NCBI GenBank assembly: GCA_036785375.1
Contig: JAWMAR010000711.1
Span: 682,001 to 746,000, forward strand
Origin: Leucoraja ocellata
Lineage: Eukaryota
Direction of reading: 5' to 3'
Length of the DNA stretch: 64,000 nt
The notes beneath the pieces were generated by a model. That model had not been told where the DNA came from. It ran no database searches and saw only the letters and a list, made by a program, of their open reading frames with translations. Shown in pieces: positions 25,064 through 39,094 of the stretch. The number at the start of each line of letters is the position of its first letter. Position 1 is the stretch's first letter. The position numbers and the translations under genes were made by a program.

Positions 25064-26967
25064 TAACTATCTTAATTATCTGGCAGGCCCAGAATTTTGC
25101 TGGATTGGCAGATTTTCGGGTTTATTGGATATTGTGAATATTTTAGATGTTTTTCAGTTTCTGTTTTTTTAAGATGTTACTCGTTATGATAACAAATTAT
25201 AAAGCCTGCAAATTGAAAGGAGGTTAGGTAATCACATTAACTGCAATTTTACCTTCCCGTAGAAAAGATTTCTCCATTCTCTTATAATAAATTTACCTAG
25301 GTACTAGAATAGTAATTCAGTTTTGAACACTTACGTGATTATCCAGCCGCACTTATATGATTAGCCAGCCGCACTTACATATATTTGAACTGGTCAATAC
25401 GCTTCCTATTTTTTTGCATTTAGAATTATTTTTAAGTATTTTTAAGAATATAATTCCAATCACAACGTATATCCATTCAAAGCATGTAAGCAGACTTTAA
25501 ATATGCTTAATATGTTTTAACTAGAATTATAGATTAAGTTTAACTGCTCAAACATAATAAACATAAGGACAGAATGAACTGTTAAATACGAACATTATCA
25601 AGCACAGAACATGAGATACTTCCCAACCTCCTGCTTTCCACATGTTTGAGATTTTTGAGTGCTAGGTAGCCAGTGTGATGTCTACAGACACTACATCAGC
25701 TACCGCACTGCCTCAGGGGCTTGACAGTGAGACAAAGAAATAGGCAAACACAAGATGCAGGCAGCTCAGATGGAATCTTCACCCAGAAGACTTCATAACC
25801 CCAGTAACTTGTGTAAATGACCACACTTCAGGTCAGATGCTCCCAAGAATGATACAACATTATGGGATAGCGACACTTTAACTGGCAAGGGGGTGTGTGC
25901 ATGGGGGGGGGGGGGGGGGGGGGGGTTGAAGGGTCACACTAACCACCTCCTGCAAACATTGCAGATTACAACTGACAAATACCTCAAGGTTTCCCTAGTC
26001 ATGGAATGATCCATAGGTTCAGGGAGACCCCAAGAGGGGGAGAAATATTTTAAATAAAAACCTTTGCACTAGGCAGAGATAGTAGCTAGAGCTGGAAAAA
26101 TGCAATTGTGAAGTACAGAATTCCTCTCAAACAAATGCAGTCCACAAGGTAACACGTAAGCTAGCAAACATAATTTGCAATTAGACCTCCAGTACAGAAT
26201 CACAGGATTCTGTTTGTAGATCCCACAAGTATCCAACAAAATTTCTCCACAGGATATCCATATTTTTGAAAGGGATCATTTAGTAATTAATTCGGCAGAG
26301 GAATAACAAACAACTGCATGAAATAAACTACATACTAAAGTAAAATAAATGAAGCACAAAAATGTTTTTTTTTGTAGTTGAAGTCCTTGGTTAAACATTT
26401 CTATACGAAAGCTATCCAAATCTTTTTATTCTCGTTTCAAAAATGTATTTCCAAAACATCTATCTTACCCAAGCCACAAGAAGAAATATGATTATTTTGA
26501 ATGCATTTTCTGAACTCAGCAAGCACTTTCCGTTTGTACAAGACCAAATGCATGCCTGAAGCATAAATTAAACTATCCCACATGCACTACTCCGGAGCAG
26601 ACCATTATCACAACAAGCATGCACAGAGATCAAACCGTGCTATTTTTATATTACAATTTCTAGAAGTGACAACTCTGAACTAAAGCATTCTGAACCTAAT
26701 TATTTAAATGCACAATATAATAACCAATTCATCCTTTAGTTTAAAAAACTGGTCTCTGTCGACAACATACCACAATTGCTTCTCCCCTCTCTATTGTTAT
26801 GCACTGAAAGGAGCCTAAACATTATCAGATCCTCTGCTGCAAAGATTACCAGAGCTCCACACATACTGATTTGGCATTGCTTTTGTGAGACAAATGAACC
26901 AGCCTATCCAATCATACAACTATGAAATTTGCTAGCTAGTGGAGAATTGAACCCTGTACATTCTTAC

Positions 26968-27078
26968 CAGGGCAGAAAGCATCCAAGTCTGGCTTCTTGG
27001 CTGTGGTTCTGGTTGGGGAACTGAGCTCCGACTCTGGGACTCGAGGGCTTTCCACAAACTTCGCCTTCCTCAGGGGGG
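26968..27078 (-). CDS. TANC2: TANC2 coding exon (111 nt, phase 1-1, probable cassette exon)
   Basis: Translates (A)PLRKAKFVESPRVPESELSSPTRTTAKKPDLDAFCP; acceptor ctcttcctctcttgtcccag, donor CCTG|gtaaga; joins in frame with both flanking exons. Not reported in the ORF track. Confidence 0.9.
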
Positions 27079-29432
27079 CTGGGACAAGAGAGGAAGAGGG
27101 TCGTAAGTGAGGGGAACAGCAGGCAACAGATGGAAGCAGTTAACTAAACGGCCCACTGTGACGGAGACGGATTGAATTACTTTATTTGTTGTGCTGCATG
27201 AAAGCAGCTGTACTAACCATCTACAACTGAAAGACAAGGTGTCTTGTTTTTCAATAAATACACTACATGTAAAACCACAATACACTGTACTAGTACAGAC
27301 TTCTGCCCATTAATCTCAGCTATCCTTAGTGTAAACTCCAACACATATTAAATAAATCACATTTAATTAAACTTTATACTACCAGGCAAAATACATATTG
27401 TCTGTCAATCAGTACTGCATAGTTTAGCAGGTAAGCGACTAGAGATTAAAGAAAAAATACAAGTAGTGTGCAAAATGTACACTACAGGTCAACTGTAATT
27501 CAAAACCTCTACAAAATTCATATCCATTTAAAACTTTAGTAATCTGCCCAGACCAAATATGTGCAACATTCAGAAGCATTTCCAAAGGAATGCATTTCTA
27601 AGTATCTTGAAAAGGAAACAGGCCCAAAGTCAGCTTGATTCTAGAAAAATAAGCAAAAGAAAGTATGTGGCTATTTTTTGTCGACAATTTCCTTAATGCA
27701 AACCATTATTTAATATAGTGTTTCCAGTATGGTTTATTGAATGTAATCTCACAGAACACTAAATACAGTCCACATAATTTGACAACACTGCAAGTAAGGC
27801 TTAGTAGAGTCGAGGTACTTTGTGATTAGGGTTTAAACGTAACACTGAACAGCCTACATACACTGGAGGTTATTTACAGGGACTTAAAATACTCAGTATG
27901 TTTGTACATTCCAACATATGTAGTTTGTGACTGTAATGTCTGCTCCTCTGTCTTGATTATTTCAGTACTTTGTAATTCCATTTCCAAATTTTTGTGTTAA
28001 TCATTATAATTTTGAAGACTATTCTTCAACCGGCATCTTTTTGATGTGCACAAGTTCTATATGACTGGCTCATAATGGAGAGGAAAATTATATAATAAGC
28101 TATGCATTCCATTCCTGAACCACTCATAGCATCCTAGCATGTGAACAGTAGTTATTTGTTTCCTTAATCCTTGTTTGCTGTCTGCATGAGCTCTCCCGAT
28201 AATTGTACTATTCCTCCTTATGCTGGTAGTCCTGTTTTTTCCTCCCAAAATTGATTCTTTTCCACTGAACTTTCTCTGCTCAAATGAGAAAAATCAATTG
28301 AATCTGCCTCTACCATCTATCTCAGATGCTAATTATGGGCTGGTATGGATGTTTTCCTCATATAACTTTTTATTGCCTTTCAATTTAAATCTATGTCCGC
28401 TGGTACTAATGGGAACTGTGTCCATCTGCTCTGCCTAAACGCTTCATTATTTAGAGCACCTTGATAGAGAACAATCTCATTTTACCCAGCCTTTTCCCAT
28501 AAAAGTCCTTCATCCCAGGAGTCATTCCTGTAAATCTTTTCTAAATCCTTTCCATGTCCTTCACATCCTGTGGTGCAGTGACCCGACCATGACGCAACCA
28601 ATGAAGCAATATTTAGTGAAGATTTATTGTAATTTTCTCACGTTGTGTATCTCATGCCTCCAAAATCGTGAAGGCCTTCTCTGCTACTTTCTCACTGTGT
28701 GTTAACAGTCAAAGATATATGCACACAAATGCGTATGTTTCTATATTCCTGCACCCATCTTTAGATATTGTCCCATCTTGCATTTCCTTCCTTCATTTCA
28801 CTTCCAGCTCTGGTCACATATACGCAAAAACAAATCAGACACCTACCATGACAACATGTCAGCCTATATTTACTTTCTTTCTTTACATGTTACAAATAAG
28901 TAGTTTGATGAAGAATTTACCAGCATCAAGAAATACTCTATAGTAACAGGGATGTGCAGAAAAATGATCATTAAGGAACAATGAATATCTTTGTACTATT
29001 TACTTTGTAGTAATTTAGTCTTAAACCACACTACTATAGTGATAACTTTGACCAGTATTGCCATGTTATTTTCTCTAGAGATGCTGGCTAACCTGCTGGG
29101 TAACTCCAGCATTTTGTGGCTCCTTTGCCATATTTTTCTCAGTGTATCTTACTATCCTGATAGGCTTTAAGCCAAAATAAATAAATCTTAAAACCCATAT
29201 TGCCGTCCTTCAGTCAGGCAAACAACATTTAACATTTTCTATTCCAATATTATATCCCCAGTACTATCAGAACACATAAATTGCTGTTCAATATAAAAAA
29301 AATAACATTTCATAACATTGTTGCATTAACAAAAGATAGTAAAAGGGAAGAAAGGGAACAAACCTCCAAAATCCCAGCATCACAATTCATGGCAAATTCA
29401 ATGGTCGCAGATTAAAGTTTTGACTTTAGTTA

Positions 29433-29734
29433 CAGAGTTGCCAACTGTCCCGTATTAGCCAGGACATCCCATATATTGGGCTAAATTAGTTTGTCCCCTG
29501 TCCCGACTCCTACTACTTGAGTCGAGCGGACTGTCAGGTGAGAGCACCGATCCGACCCCGCCTCACCCATCCCGAAGTAGTGCAGCCCATGGAGTGCAGC
29601 AGCAGCGCCTCGCCCGTGCCTAACTCGTCATTCGCCAAGCCACAGCCGAGTTGGTCGATGAATTGCCGTCGGGAATTTGTCCCTTATTTTGAACTTTTGT
29701 CCCTTATTTTGGAATGAGAAAGTTGGCAACCCTA
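29433..29734. mobile_element. hAT-like MITE
   Basis: TIRs cagagttgccaact / agttggcaacccta with repeated tgtccc subterminal motifs; TSD not resolved. Confidence 0.7.
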
Positions 29735-30716
29735 GTTATGTACCCCTTATAATTCTTCCACTAAGTGCATTCTCTATTCAAAACTCAGAAAGCAGTTTAA
29801 AAGAACCACAAAAACAGCGCCACCCGGCAATAGGAAGTGCATTACCACAAAACTGCAGTGTACTCAAAGTGTGAGATCCTGATCTGACTCTCAAACACAC
29901 AAATCCCAGGATGTGAACTGCTCCCCAAGGAGATAGCCGTATGAGATTGAATCCACAAGGATGGTGTAATCTCCATTTTGTTACAAAGAATGTTTAGAAG
30001 TGGCCAGGTGGATCTGCTGACCCCTGGACACTTCATACACACATCTCACTCCAGCATTATTAGAACAGAGTGCACACTCCGGCCTCCAATCTCCTAACAC
30101 TTCAAATAAGTCACAGACTGAATGGAGCTGCCCTTTGTCTGACCCATGGTGGTGTGCGGCCAATATCTTAACTTGGTTCTGCCAGATATGCACTAGCTCC
30201 ACTGACAGCTGTCTGTGGCCAGTAATTAGAGTGCGATTACACTTTGCATTCAATGTAATCAATGGAAGTCACATAGTTAAACAGTGTCCTCCTAATGAAA
30301 GTGTTTATTATTGACCTCAGTATCTTGTCTTTGGTTCAGCAATACAAGGCCCATGTAGAAGGCTAAACACAACAGGCATTTGCTAAACCATCAATATTAT
30401 TTAAACATTTTGATCAGGCATATTTTATTACCGCGATGGTGCGCTCGAAATATCTCTGCACTTACACCTCTACAGTGATGATGTTCAATTTACGCTTCCA
30501 GTAGCAGAAAATATGGAGGTTTAAATTGTATAGACCGTAATTTCATATGTCTACATTAATCTAACCATTGTACACATCTCAGTGATCCTGCCCTGGATGA
30601 TTACATACCTCCAGTTTAAAGGAAGCTGGCTACAAATTTCAAGTACTGTTGAAAGTCACTGAGAACTTGGACATTCTAAGATGGCGGCAAAGGAGCTTCT
30701 AATCGATTTCTTCAAA

Positions 30717-30836
30717 CTCTGAAGAAGGATTCCAAACCAGAACATCATCTATTTCCCTCCACAGATGCTTCCGCTGAGTTCCTTCAGCACTTAGTTGTTT
30801 ATTAATATTCCAGCATCCACAGTCTCTTGTGTCTCC
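30717..30836 (+). mobile_element. Penelope terminal fragment, degraded
   Basis: tctgaagaaggattccaaaccagaacatc...ccctccacagatgct...gctgagttccttcagcac. Confidence 0.7.
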
Positions 30837-31283
30837 ATAAATATGGAGCACCAGTCTGTAAGTCTATTGTCAACAGTGTCACACTTCCAGCTTCTGATCA
30901 CAAGGTGAAAATGCTCCTGGTCAATGTCATGTATCCACGGCTTCATCCTCAGCCAGGTGAGGGTATCCATAAATCAGCTCCCTTAAAACATCAAAGGTAC
31001 GAGTCTCTTTATTGGAGACAAGGTTAGCATCTACAATTGCTCATACTCTGCCTTCAAATCACTTTGCTACATGTGAGTCGATGAATGCAACATTCATACA
31101 AAATGCTGCCAGAATGGAGAATGAGCAATAGACATATTGCTAACAATCATGTTGAGATGCTCATACAGACGTTCACATCCAGACACGAGGTTGCCAACGG
31201 TCTTCCTCTATTACTAGAAATTTCTACCCCAATTTGGTGACAAGGACTGGCATCATTAGCTGAGTTAATGCCCCTCGATCTCG

Positions 31284-32070
31284 GAATCAAAATCACACTT
31301 TATTCGCCAAGTATGTTTTGCAACATTCGAGGAATTTCATTGGCCAGGTCAGTCATACAATTATAATCAACAGATCACTCAAAAACACATTTTAACATGA
31401 ACATCCACCACAGTGACTCCTACACATTCCTCACTGTGATGGAAGGCAAAATAAAGTTCAAGTCCTTCCTTTTGTTCCTCCTCGGTCGGGGGGGCCTCGA
31501 GCCCTCCGTTGACGGGACGATCTTGACTCCCGTAGCCTGTGGTGTTTGGGCCCTCTGCGTCGAGGCGATCAGCTCCTGCATCGGGGGGGGGGGGGGGGGG
31601 GGGGGGAGGGAGATAGTCAGCTCCCCCGCGCCGGCGAACGAACCTCGCATCGGGACTTGTTGAACCTTTCGCGACGTTGAGCTCCCGACTCACCCTCACC
31701 CGACACTGCGAGCCCTTGATGGTAAGTCCACGGTGGTCATGGTGAGAGCGATCCCAGGCAAGGGATCCGCTCCCATGTTAAGTCCACGCCCCGCAGTGGG
31801 GCTCACAACAGCCGAGGAGGCCTCCAGCTCCATCGATGTTAGGCCGCAGAGCCCGGAGAATGTGATCCGAAAATTGATCACATCTCCGGGAAGGTAAGAA
31901 CTTGAAAAAAAAAATCCCCCGATCCCCTCCCCCCACATAAAACAAACCGAAGAACATTAAAACAAAAGTTTTAACAAACTAAAAATAACAAAAGAAAGAA
32001 AAAACGAACAGACTGCCGGCAGGGCTGCCATCTCCCCGGCGCTCCTGGTGCTCATCTCCCCAGCGCCCCT
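31284..32070 (-). mobile_element. GC-rich non-autonomous retroelement with Rex-like 3' tail
   Basis: Minus-strand 3' end aaattcctcgaatgttgcaaaacatacttggcgaataaa parallels the Rex tail near 24090-24125; shares gccttccatcacagtgaggaatgtg with 40927; no credible ORF. Confidence 0.6.
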
Positions 32071-32289
32071 TCTGTGTGCAGAATTGAGGAGTATGAATTT
32101 CAAGAGAATCCCACAGCTATGAGAAGGCCGCTATTAGTGCATGCAGCGAGAACCCCTCTTTATTGATCGTCCCTTCCTGCAATTCAGGAAGAGCCTTACC
32201 CTCTCATGTCCAAAATGTGGACATGACAATGAGATCACATCTGTGAGCACTGCAGTTCATGTGGAGACTGCAATGTCATCTCAGGGCTC

Positions 32290-32940
32290 CTGATGGCATT
32301 ATCCAAGGGCTCCCAACTTTGGGGTACCATTGCCTTGTATTATAACGAGGCAGCCAGAGAAGTCAAGACAGTCACCTTCCTTCCATAATGGCTGCCTTCC
32401 CTGCAGAATGGTAGCTGATTTATTCTGGACACCTCAATATGGCTGAGGGTGATGCAGCAGTGGGAACTCTCTGCATGCTTGGTCCTTGTGATTCACGTGG
32501 AGCTTTCAGTTCACAAGAACCCTGATGTGTCACAGATGCAATCTACCACTTCCAAACCCTTCGGCAAGTACAAATTCTTCATAATTCTGCATGACGTTCA
32601 TGGTTTCTTCTCTCCTCTCAATGGAAAGATGATGAAATGATCAAGAAGATAAATAGTTCAAAGTGACATTGACCTTCAATACTGCAGAAAGAACAGTCCA
32701 GAGATTGATGACTATGGGGAGCTCTGCTTTGAGAAGATTGCTGTGGGTTCTCTGCCACCATACAGGAAAACCTTAGCCTCTGGTTTCCCCAATCCTTGAA
32801 GTACAAGTAGGAATATAAGTCCCTGTACATTCATCTTTCAAGGTCCTCTGGCAATGCTCCAAACCTCCGGGTAGCTTTAAACTCAGGCAGGTCATCATTT
32901 AAGCAGCCATAGCAAAATAACATTAACATTGCCCTACGCA
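32290..32940 (-). mobile_element. Old RTE-like LINE fragment
   Basis: Degraded ORF2-like sequence (ttatccaagggctcccaactttggggtac; gaggcagccagagaagtc; ttctctgccacc); family assignment tentative. Confidence 0.35.
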
Positions 32941-34577
32941 CATATTTTGCCACAGTTACAGCTCAACTGCACCAGGCTTCCCAATGAAGCTAAATGGAAC
33001 TAATCACCACATGAAAAAGCATAGCTCTGTGCACAATGATGTTGTGGCGGATGCACACCATTTCACTATCAGAAATACATGCTATGGTTCCAGCAAGCAG
33101 ATTAAAAATGAGGGTTACACAGTGGTCAGTCTATGCTACATGGCACAACCACATCATGGAGGCAGAAATATTTGCATGGCGTGCCGTTTTGTCAGATTCA
33201 CACAATGTAATCACTAACACTAAGATTTTTCATACCTAATGTTTTAAAGGCAAGAGATACTCTAACACAATCTTTTAAAATATTTGTTAAATAAAATAAT
33301 TTCCTGGTTTTAACGATACAGACATCTTTGTCAGATTTCATGCAATATTTACCTTGCATAATCTTCAAGAAACAGGCACTGTAAAACCTCCTTGATTGTT
33401 AAACCGTATAGTCTAATGTGTTAATGATCAGTTCAACCTACTGTACACTTGAACCATCAGTAGCCAGCATAACCCAAAACACAGCTTGCATCTCTCGACA
33501 GCTCCATGACCTCATCATTCTAAAATGCTGTTCTGTTTCTACATTACTATAAAAGACTGTTGGGACTGCTATATATATACATATATCACAGAGCTAGAAT
33601 AAAGACAAAATGCTGCATTTCCAAAAGTCTGTCAACCACAATCAGTTCATGTAACAAAGAAAAATAAAGTTTGAATTCCATTTCAATGACAACCCTGAAT
33701 GACTTGGGTATGTTGAAAGCACTAAACTCTTTTTTAACAAGTGTTCCATCTTGAACTTTTATTTTGGATGCAAGTCAAAACCATTTTCAACTAATTTACT
33801 AAAAAGTGACAGCCAAATTCAAAGATATTTGAAAATTCAACATGGAAATATTTTGATAGACATTTTTCACGCATATTCCTAATTAAATAAATTAATAGTG
33901 ATCTTAATTGTTGGTATTGGTTTATTATTGTCGCAGAGTTTTAAACATTCTATTGTCACAATACATGCTGCTCATCATCCAGTGGGGAGGAGTGTAATTT
34001 GTAAGTTCCTCCTTCTAGTAGGGACATATTTAGTCTGGACTTTCACTTTTTCCTCTTTTAAATACCTTCCACTGCTCTTACACAAGTTAAAAACTCATAA
34101 AACCATTATTAAATTTTAAAATAGGATTAGATGAGCAATAATCAGCAGCAACATATTTTGTTTAGTTTTGTTTTTACAGGCCACTGTGACAACTACAGAA
34201 CATGCACCTGTCTATCACAATCATTTGTTGCCGTCATAAATCGCCTCTAAAATAATGCACTAAAAAATATAGCTAACAAATGGTCAGCTATGAAATGCAT
34301 AGATAACGGGGCCGTTGCAACTGAACCCTTGCCTAACATATCATTCCTGGTCATTGTTTCAAGTTTCAAATAAACACTTGTTCATTGTTGTGCTGAATGT
34401 TACAACTTTATACGCTGACTGACCAAATTAGAGTATCACCAACTCATACAAAATTTGCTTTTAATTGAGATATATTCTCAAGCAGTAAACACACAGGGGT
34501 GGGGAGGGAAGGAGAGGGCGGGGGAGGTGGAGGGGGAGGGGGAGAGAGAGAAGTTAGTTGAAACAGGAAGGTAGATG

Positions 34578-34700
34578 GTGTAGGAAAGAACTGCAGATGC
34601 TGGTTTAATCGAAGATAGACACAAAATGCTATAGTAATTCAGCGGGACAGGCAGCACCTCTGGAGAGAACGAATGGCCGATGTTTCGGATTGAGACCCTT
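34578..34700 (-). mobile_element. Penelope terminal fragment
   Basis: gtaggaaagaactgcagatgctgg...gatagacacaaaatgct...gatgtttcggattgagaccctt. Confidence 0.75.
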
Positions 34701-35251
34701 GATGATGTACTTTATTGGCCAAGCCTTCAGCTATATAAAACACCTTTTCGACCGTTTGGAATAGTTAAAATCAACGCATTAAAGGAAAGATGTTATGGTT
34801 CTTTAGAGGGTGCACAAGAGATTTACACATATTCCTGTCATGCAATTTCAGTTTATTACTATAATGTGGAAAAAAGATAGCAAAGAGCAGTACCAGGTAA
34901 CATCTCACTTTTTTTTGATCTGGTCCAATTCTTTCTAATTCATCTCCATAACAAGCCATGATAGTTAATTTTATCACCCAGTAAGAGGGGAGGTGAGCAG
35001 AATACCTTTCACCCAGCAGGGCACTCCACTTTTACATGAATATGCTCAAGAATGTGTACACACACTGTGACATTAATTGGGAACACATTGTGAAAAATTG
35101 TGCATTACTCACTTGCAGAATTCCATCCATTAATTTTACTGTATGCATAATTGTAGCTGGCAGTGCACAATATTTTGTTATGCCATCGCAACAAATCCCA
35201 GGAGAGCACAGCAGAATTTTTTCAAACCAGTCTAACGTTAATCTGATTAAT

Positions 35252-35402
35252 GGAGACACTAGGAACTGCAGATGCCAGAATCTTGAGGAAAAAATTAAAA
35301 GTTCTGGAGGAAGACTGAAGAAGGATCCTATCTCAAAATGTTGAATGTCCATTCCCTCCACAGATGCTGCGTTCCTCCAGCACTTCGTTTTTTTTTTGCT
35401 CA
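35252..35402. mobile_element. Penelope terminal fragment, partly palindromic
   Basis: ggagacactaggaactgcagatgc ... ctgaagaaggatcctatctcaaaatg ... ttccctccacagatgctgc. Confidence 0.65.
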
Positions 35403-36989
35403 TTAATCTGATTACGTTTGTTTATAGTTAGTATCAAAAAAAGTCACTTCATTAATTTGATTGCTTTTTTACAGCTTAACTAGATTTTACTTTGCACCCT
35501 GAACCTAATTCCATAAAAATGATTAAAAATAATTATTTTCTAAGCTAATAAGAGAATCCTGTTTCAGCTCTGAGCTTAAAATAACAAAAAATAATGCAAA
35601 AGTTTTGGAATGGAGCCTGGATCTGTTTAACTGACCGATTTTAACAGAATTAAAATCAGAATGCTTAGATGGTTGTAAAAAAAATCAATTAGGCACAGAG
35701 CTCGTTAAACAGACGCTTAGCAGTACTGTCCATTAAAATAATAGCAGGCAGTTGGCCCATTTGATTTTTTGCCAGAACAAGAAATTTGAATCTGCTAACT
35801 TACTTTATGATGCGTACTGGAACTGAGAATTTACGGAGGTGTTCCAAGACATCATGATTCTGCCTAAATGGTTGAACACTGAACACTGACAATTTCTAAA
35901 GATCTTCTGTAAAGTGGGCATATATGCAAAATACCAACAGAGCCTGATCTTTGGCTTCCAACAATGCCATTTCGTATCATATATTAAAATATTTTCAGTA
36001 TACCCTATTGTAACCTGAACATTGCAAACAATGAAAACATAATAAATAATTTTATTAATACTATTTTTTTTAAGTATGCGACAAAAAAGGATAGGCTTCC
36101 ACAGACTAAATACACTTTCTCACTACTCTGTTTAATGTTAAGGATAACTTCTACAAAATACCTCCCTGACCTTCAAAGCAAAGCTTGGGACATTCCAGAT
36201 GGAAACTCTCAGCAATAGCATCTATCAAGAGCAAAAATGATGAAGGTGATAAAACTATTCAAACATATGGCACAGTGCTTAGTTTTAAATATGGTACATT
36301 TTAAAATGTGTTACATTTTAAAATCAAAATGATTGATTATATTAAGCAAATTTTGATCACCCTTAAATTTGTTAAATCCAAGAGTAAAAATTGCTCTTAA
36401 TTTATGTATTGTGGAGCTTCGGAGTGCAGTGGTGATGTGAACGTACCATAATAATTTGTGTTCAAGCTCCATCCATTCACTTAAAAGGCACAGATTTAAA
36501 TTCACAGACAATGTACTTGGCAATGAAGGCAGTACATCTGGCAGGATTACATGACAGGGGGTTTTAATAGATTAAGCAACTGGTCAAATCTGCAAAAAGA
36601 TTTTAATATGGTATAAGCGAATAACCCATTTCATGCCTATAAAGAATAAACATACTAAATGATTGGAAAAAAACAATACAAAGAAAGGTACAAAGAACAT
36701 TGGGATTTATAAGAAGGGGGGTGCGAGGGGTCAAGGGGGGAGCGAGAGATCACACTTGGCTCATTGTCAGCAGCTCTGAGCACCACATCTTTGAAAGGAC
36801 ATAAATGGCTTTGGATGGATTCTTATGTAGGTTTACTAAACTCAGTGGGTTAAATTACAAATTAAGCATGGATGGCAAATGTTAGTGGGAAATAGCTGCC
36901 TCTTGATAATATTGTCATGACACCTTTCAGCATTTGCAGAAGTTTCAGACAGGGCCAATGGAGAGGTAATTAACCAGACTGGATTTATT

Positions 36990-37302
36990 CTTATTTAGTT
37001 TTGTTTAGAGATACCGCGCAGAAACGTGCCCTTCAGACCACCAGGTCCGCGCCGACCAGCAATTCCCGCACATTAACACTATCCTATGTACAATTTTACA
37101 TTTATACTAAGCCAATTAACCTACAAACCTGTACGTCTTTGGAGTGTGGGAGGAAACCGAGGATCTCGGAGAAAACCCACCCGGGTCACGGGGAGAACGT
37201 ACAAACTCCGTACAGACAGCACGCGTAGTCGGGGATTGAACCAGGGTCGCCGGCGCTGCATTCGCTATAAGGCAGCAACTCTACCGCTGCGCCACCGTGA
37301 CC
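36990..37302 (-). mobile_element. V-domain tRNA-SINE (HE1-like), young full-length copy
   Basis: Minus strand ggtcacggtggcgcagcggtagagttgctgcctta...ggttcaatccc; intact V-domain; CpGs retained. Confidence 0.9.
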
Positions 37303-38185
37303 ACCCCCATTCTTTATTCTGTAGACATGAAATACCTGATGCGATTTTCACTTTGGTGGGTAGTCATCAGTGTTTTGACTGACCAGGGACAGGTGCCCAG
37401 AGGCACTACTGGAGCCCAGATAGTCAGGTCACATGGCTTTCATTGCATCCAATGCTCCCAGCTGCTTTGGAATATCATTTGGAGTAATGAAATTGGCCAA
37501 AAGCTTGCTTCTATATTCTGCAGAGGACTCAGAAAGAAGCTTTGGAGAATCATTCACTCAACACTTCACTAAGCATGTTTACAAAAAGTTAATAGACTTG
37601 CAGAAACTTCAATCTTGGTCATAAGTTTGAATCCCAACACCGTAACTGCTGAATTTATATATATATTACATATAATAACGTCTAGTCTCCAACCTAGAGC
37701 TTTCATTTTCTTACTTTTAAAAAATGACTCGGCTACAACATCAGTCATTAAGTTTTTATTCAATGTTTCCAAGTTAGAGGACTGAAATTTAATGATTTGC
37801 TATGAGGTACTAATAAAACAAGTTAATCTCTCCCCGATTTGATGTGTGAGAGCTTTAAAAACAACTATTTGAGTTAATTAATCTGGAATAATTTCCTGCA
37901 TCAGTCTGATGTTGAACTGATACATTCCATACATGGGTCCACCTGGCTTTAATACATACTGTAAGTAGCTGTGGCAGACGACGTTTTTCAATAAATATTG
38001 AGCAAATTGAGTAAAAACACAAAAAATTGTTTTAAACTCATGAAAAAGGACATAAAATCTTGAAATCTGATTTTTTGCACAAATCACCACCTTTAATTCA
38101 GTATAATCTTGCTGAATGCACTCCGATTCAAATAAAATACAAATTTGATAAATATAATTACGTCGTTGTTTCTTTGACTGCACAC

Positions 38186-38296
38186 TGAAGGTAGCAATGA
38201 AAATAAAATCAGAAAATACTGCAAACATTCAGCTGCTCAGGCAACATCGTGGAAAGAGAAATAGTCAGGATTTTGTGTCGAAGACCCTTCTTCAGA
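38186..38296 (-). mobile_element. Penelope terminal fragment
   Basis: Ends gtcgaagacccttcttcag (CTGAAGAAGGGTC on the minus strand). Confidence 0.6.
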
Positions 38297-39094
38297 ACAA
38301 CATTTTCTGATTATGAACAGAGGTTTATGGAGTCTTATTCAGAAATAAGGATAGGAAACTGAGTGGTTCCTCAAAAACCTTTAGAAAATATCGCAAGTTT
38401 TATTCTTGGATAAATCTGTTATCAGCACTATGATAGATTCTGAAATGCTGCCAATGATTCCACCCATCCAGTTCCATCAGTGTAACATTATATGCTAACA
38501 AAATAATCTGACATCTGGGCCAATTTGATTTAAATTATAGTTTTTATTTGATGGGGGTTTTTTTTACAGAAGGGCAGGCAAATACAACAGCAGCATTTAA
38601 GATATTTTTTATTTAGGTACATGGATATGCGGGAATGGTAGGATCTGAATTATGTGCAGATAAATAAGAGTTGATCTTGGCATCATATCCGGCACAAATA
38701 ATGTGAGCCAAAGGGCCAGTTCACATGCCGTACCATTCTATGTTTATGTTTATGTTTATGTTGTTTTATGTTGTTGAATGGTTCCAGTGTACTGATCTCA
38801 AGCAAGTATACTGGCAATCCATTCCTGCTGAAGATTATTGTCTATTAAAGAAATACTTCCTTGCTTTTGGGTACAATTATTATTATAAACCATCAATCTA
38901 TGCTTATCTATCCTTTCAGTACCTTGTGTCCTTTTTGATTTACTTCAAATAAATATTTACATAATTACAGAATCTTAGTCTATGCTATTGAAGTATTCTT
39001 CCTTTCACTGTCTCACCACCCTTCTCTTTTCTTTATTTCTCCCCACCATTCCACATCTCCCGCACCACATTAGAATAAAAATAATAGAATAAAA

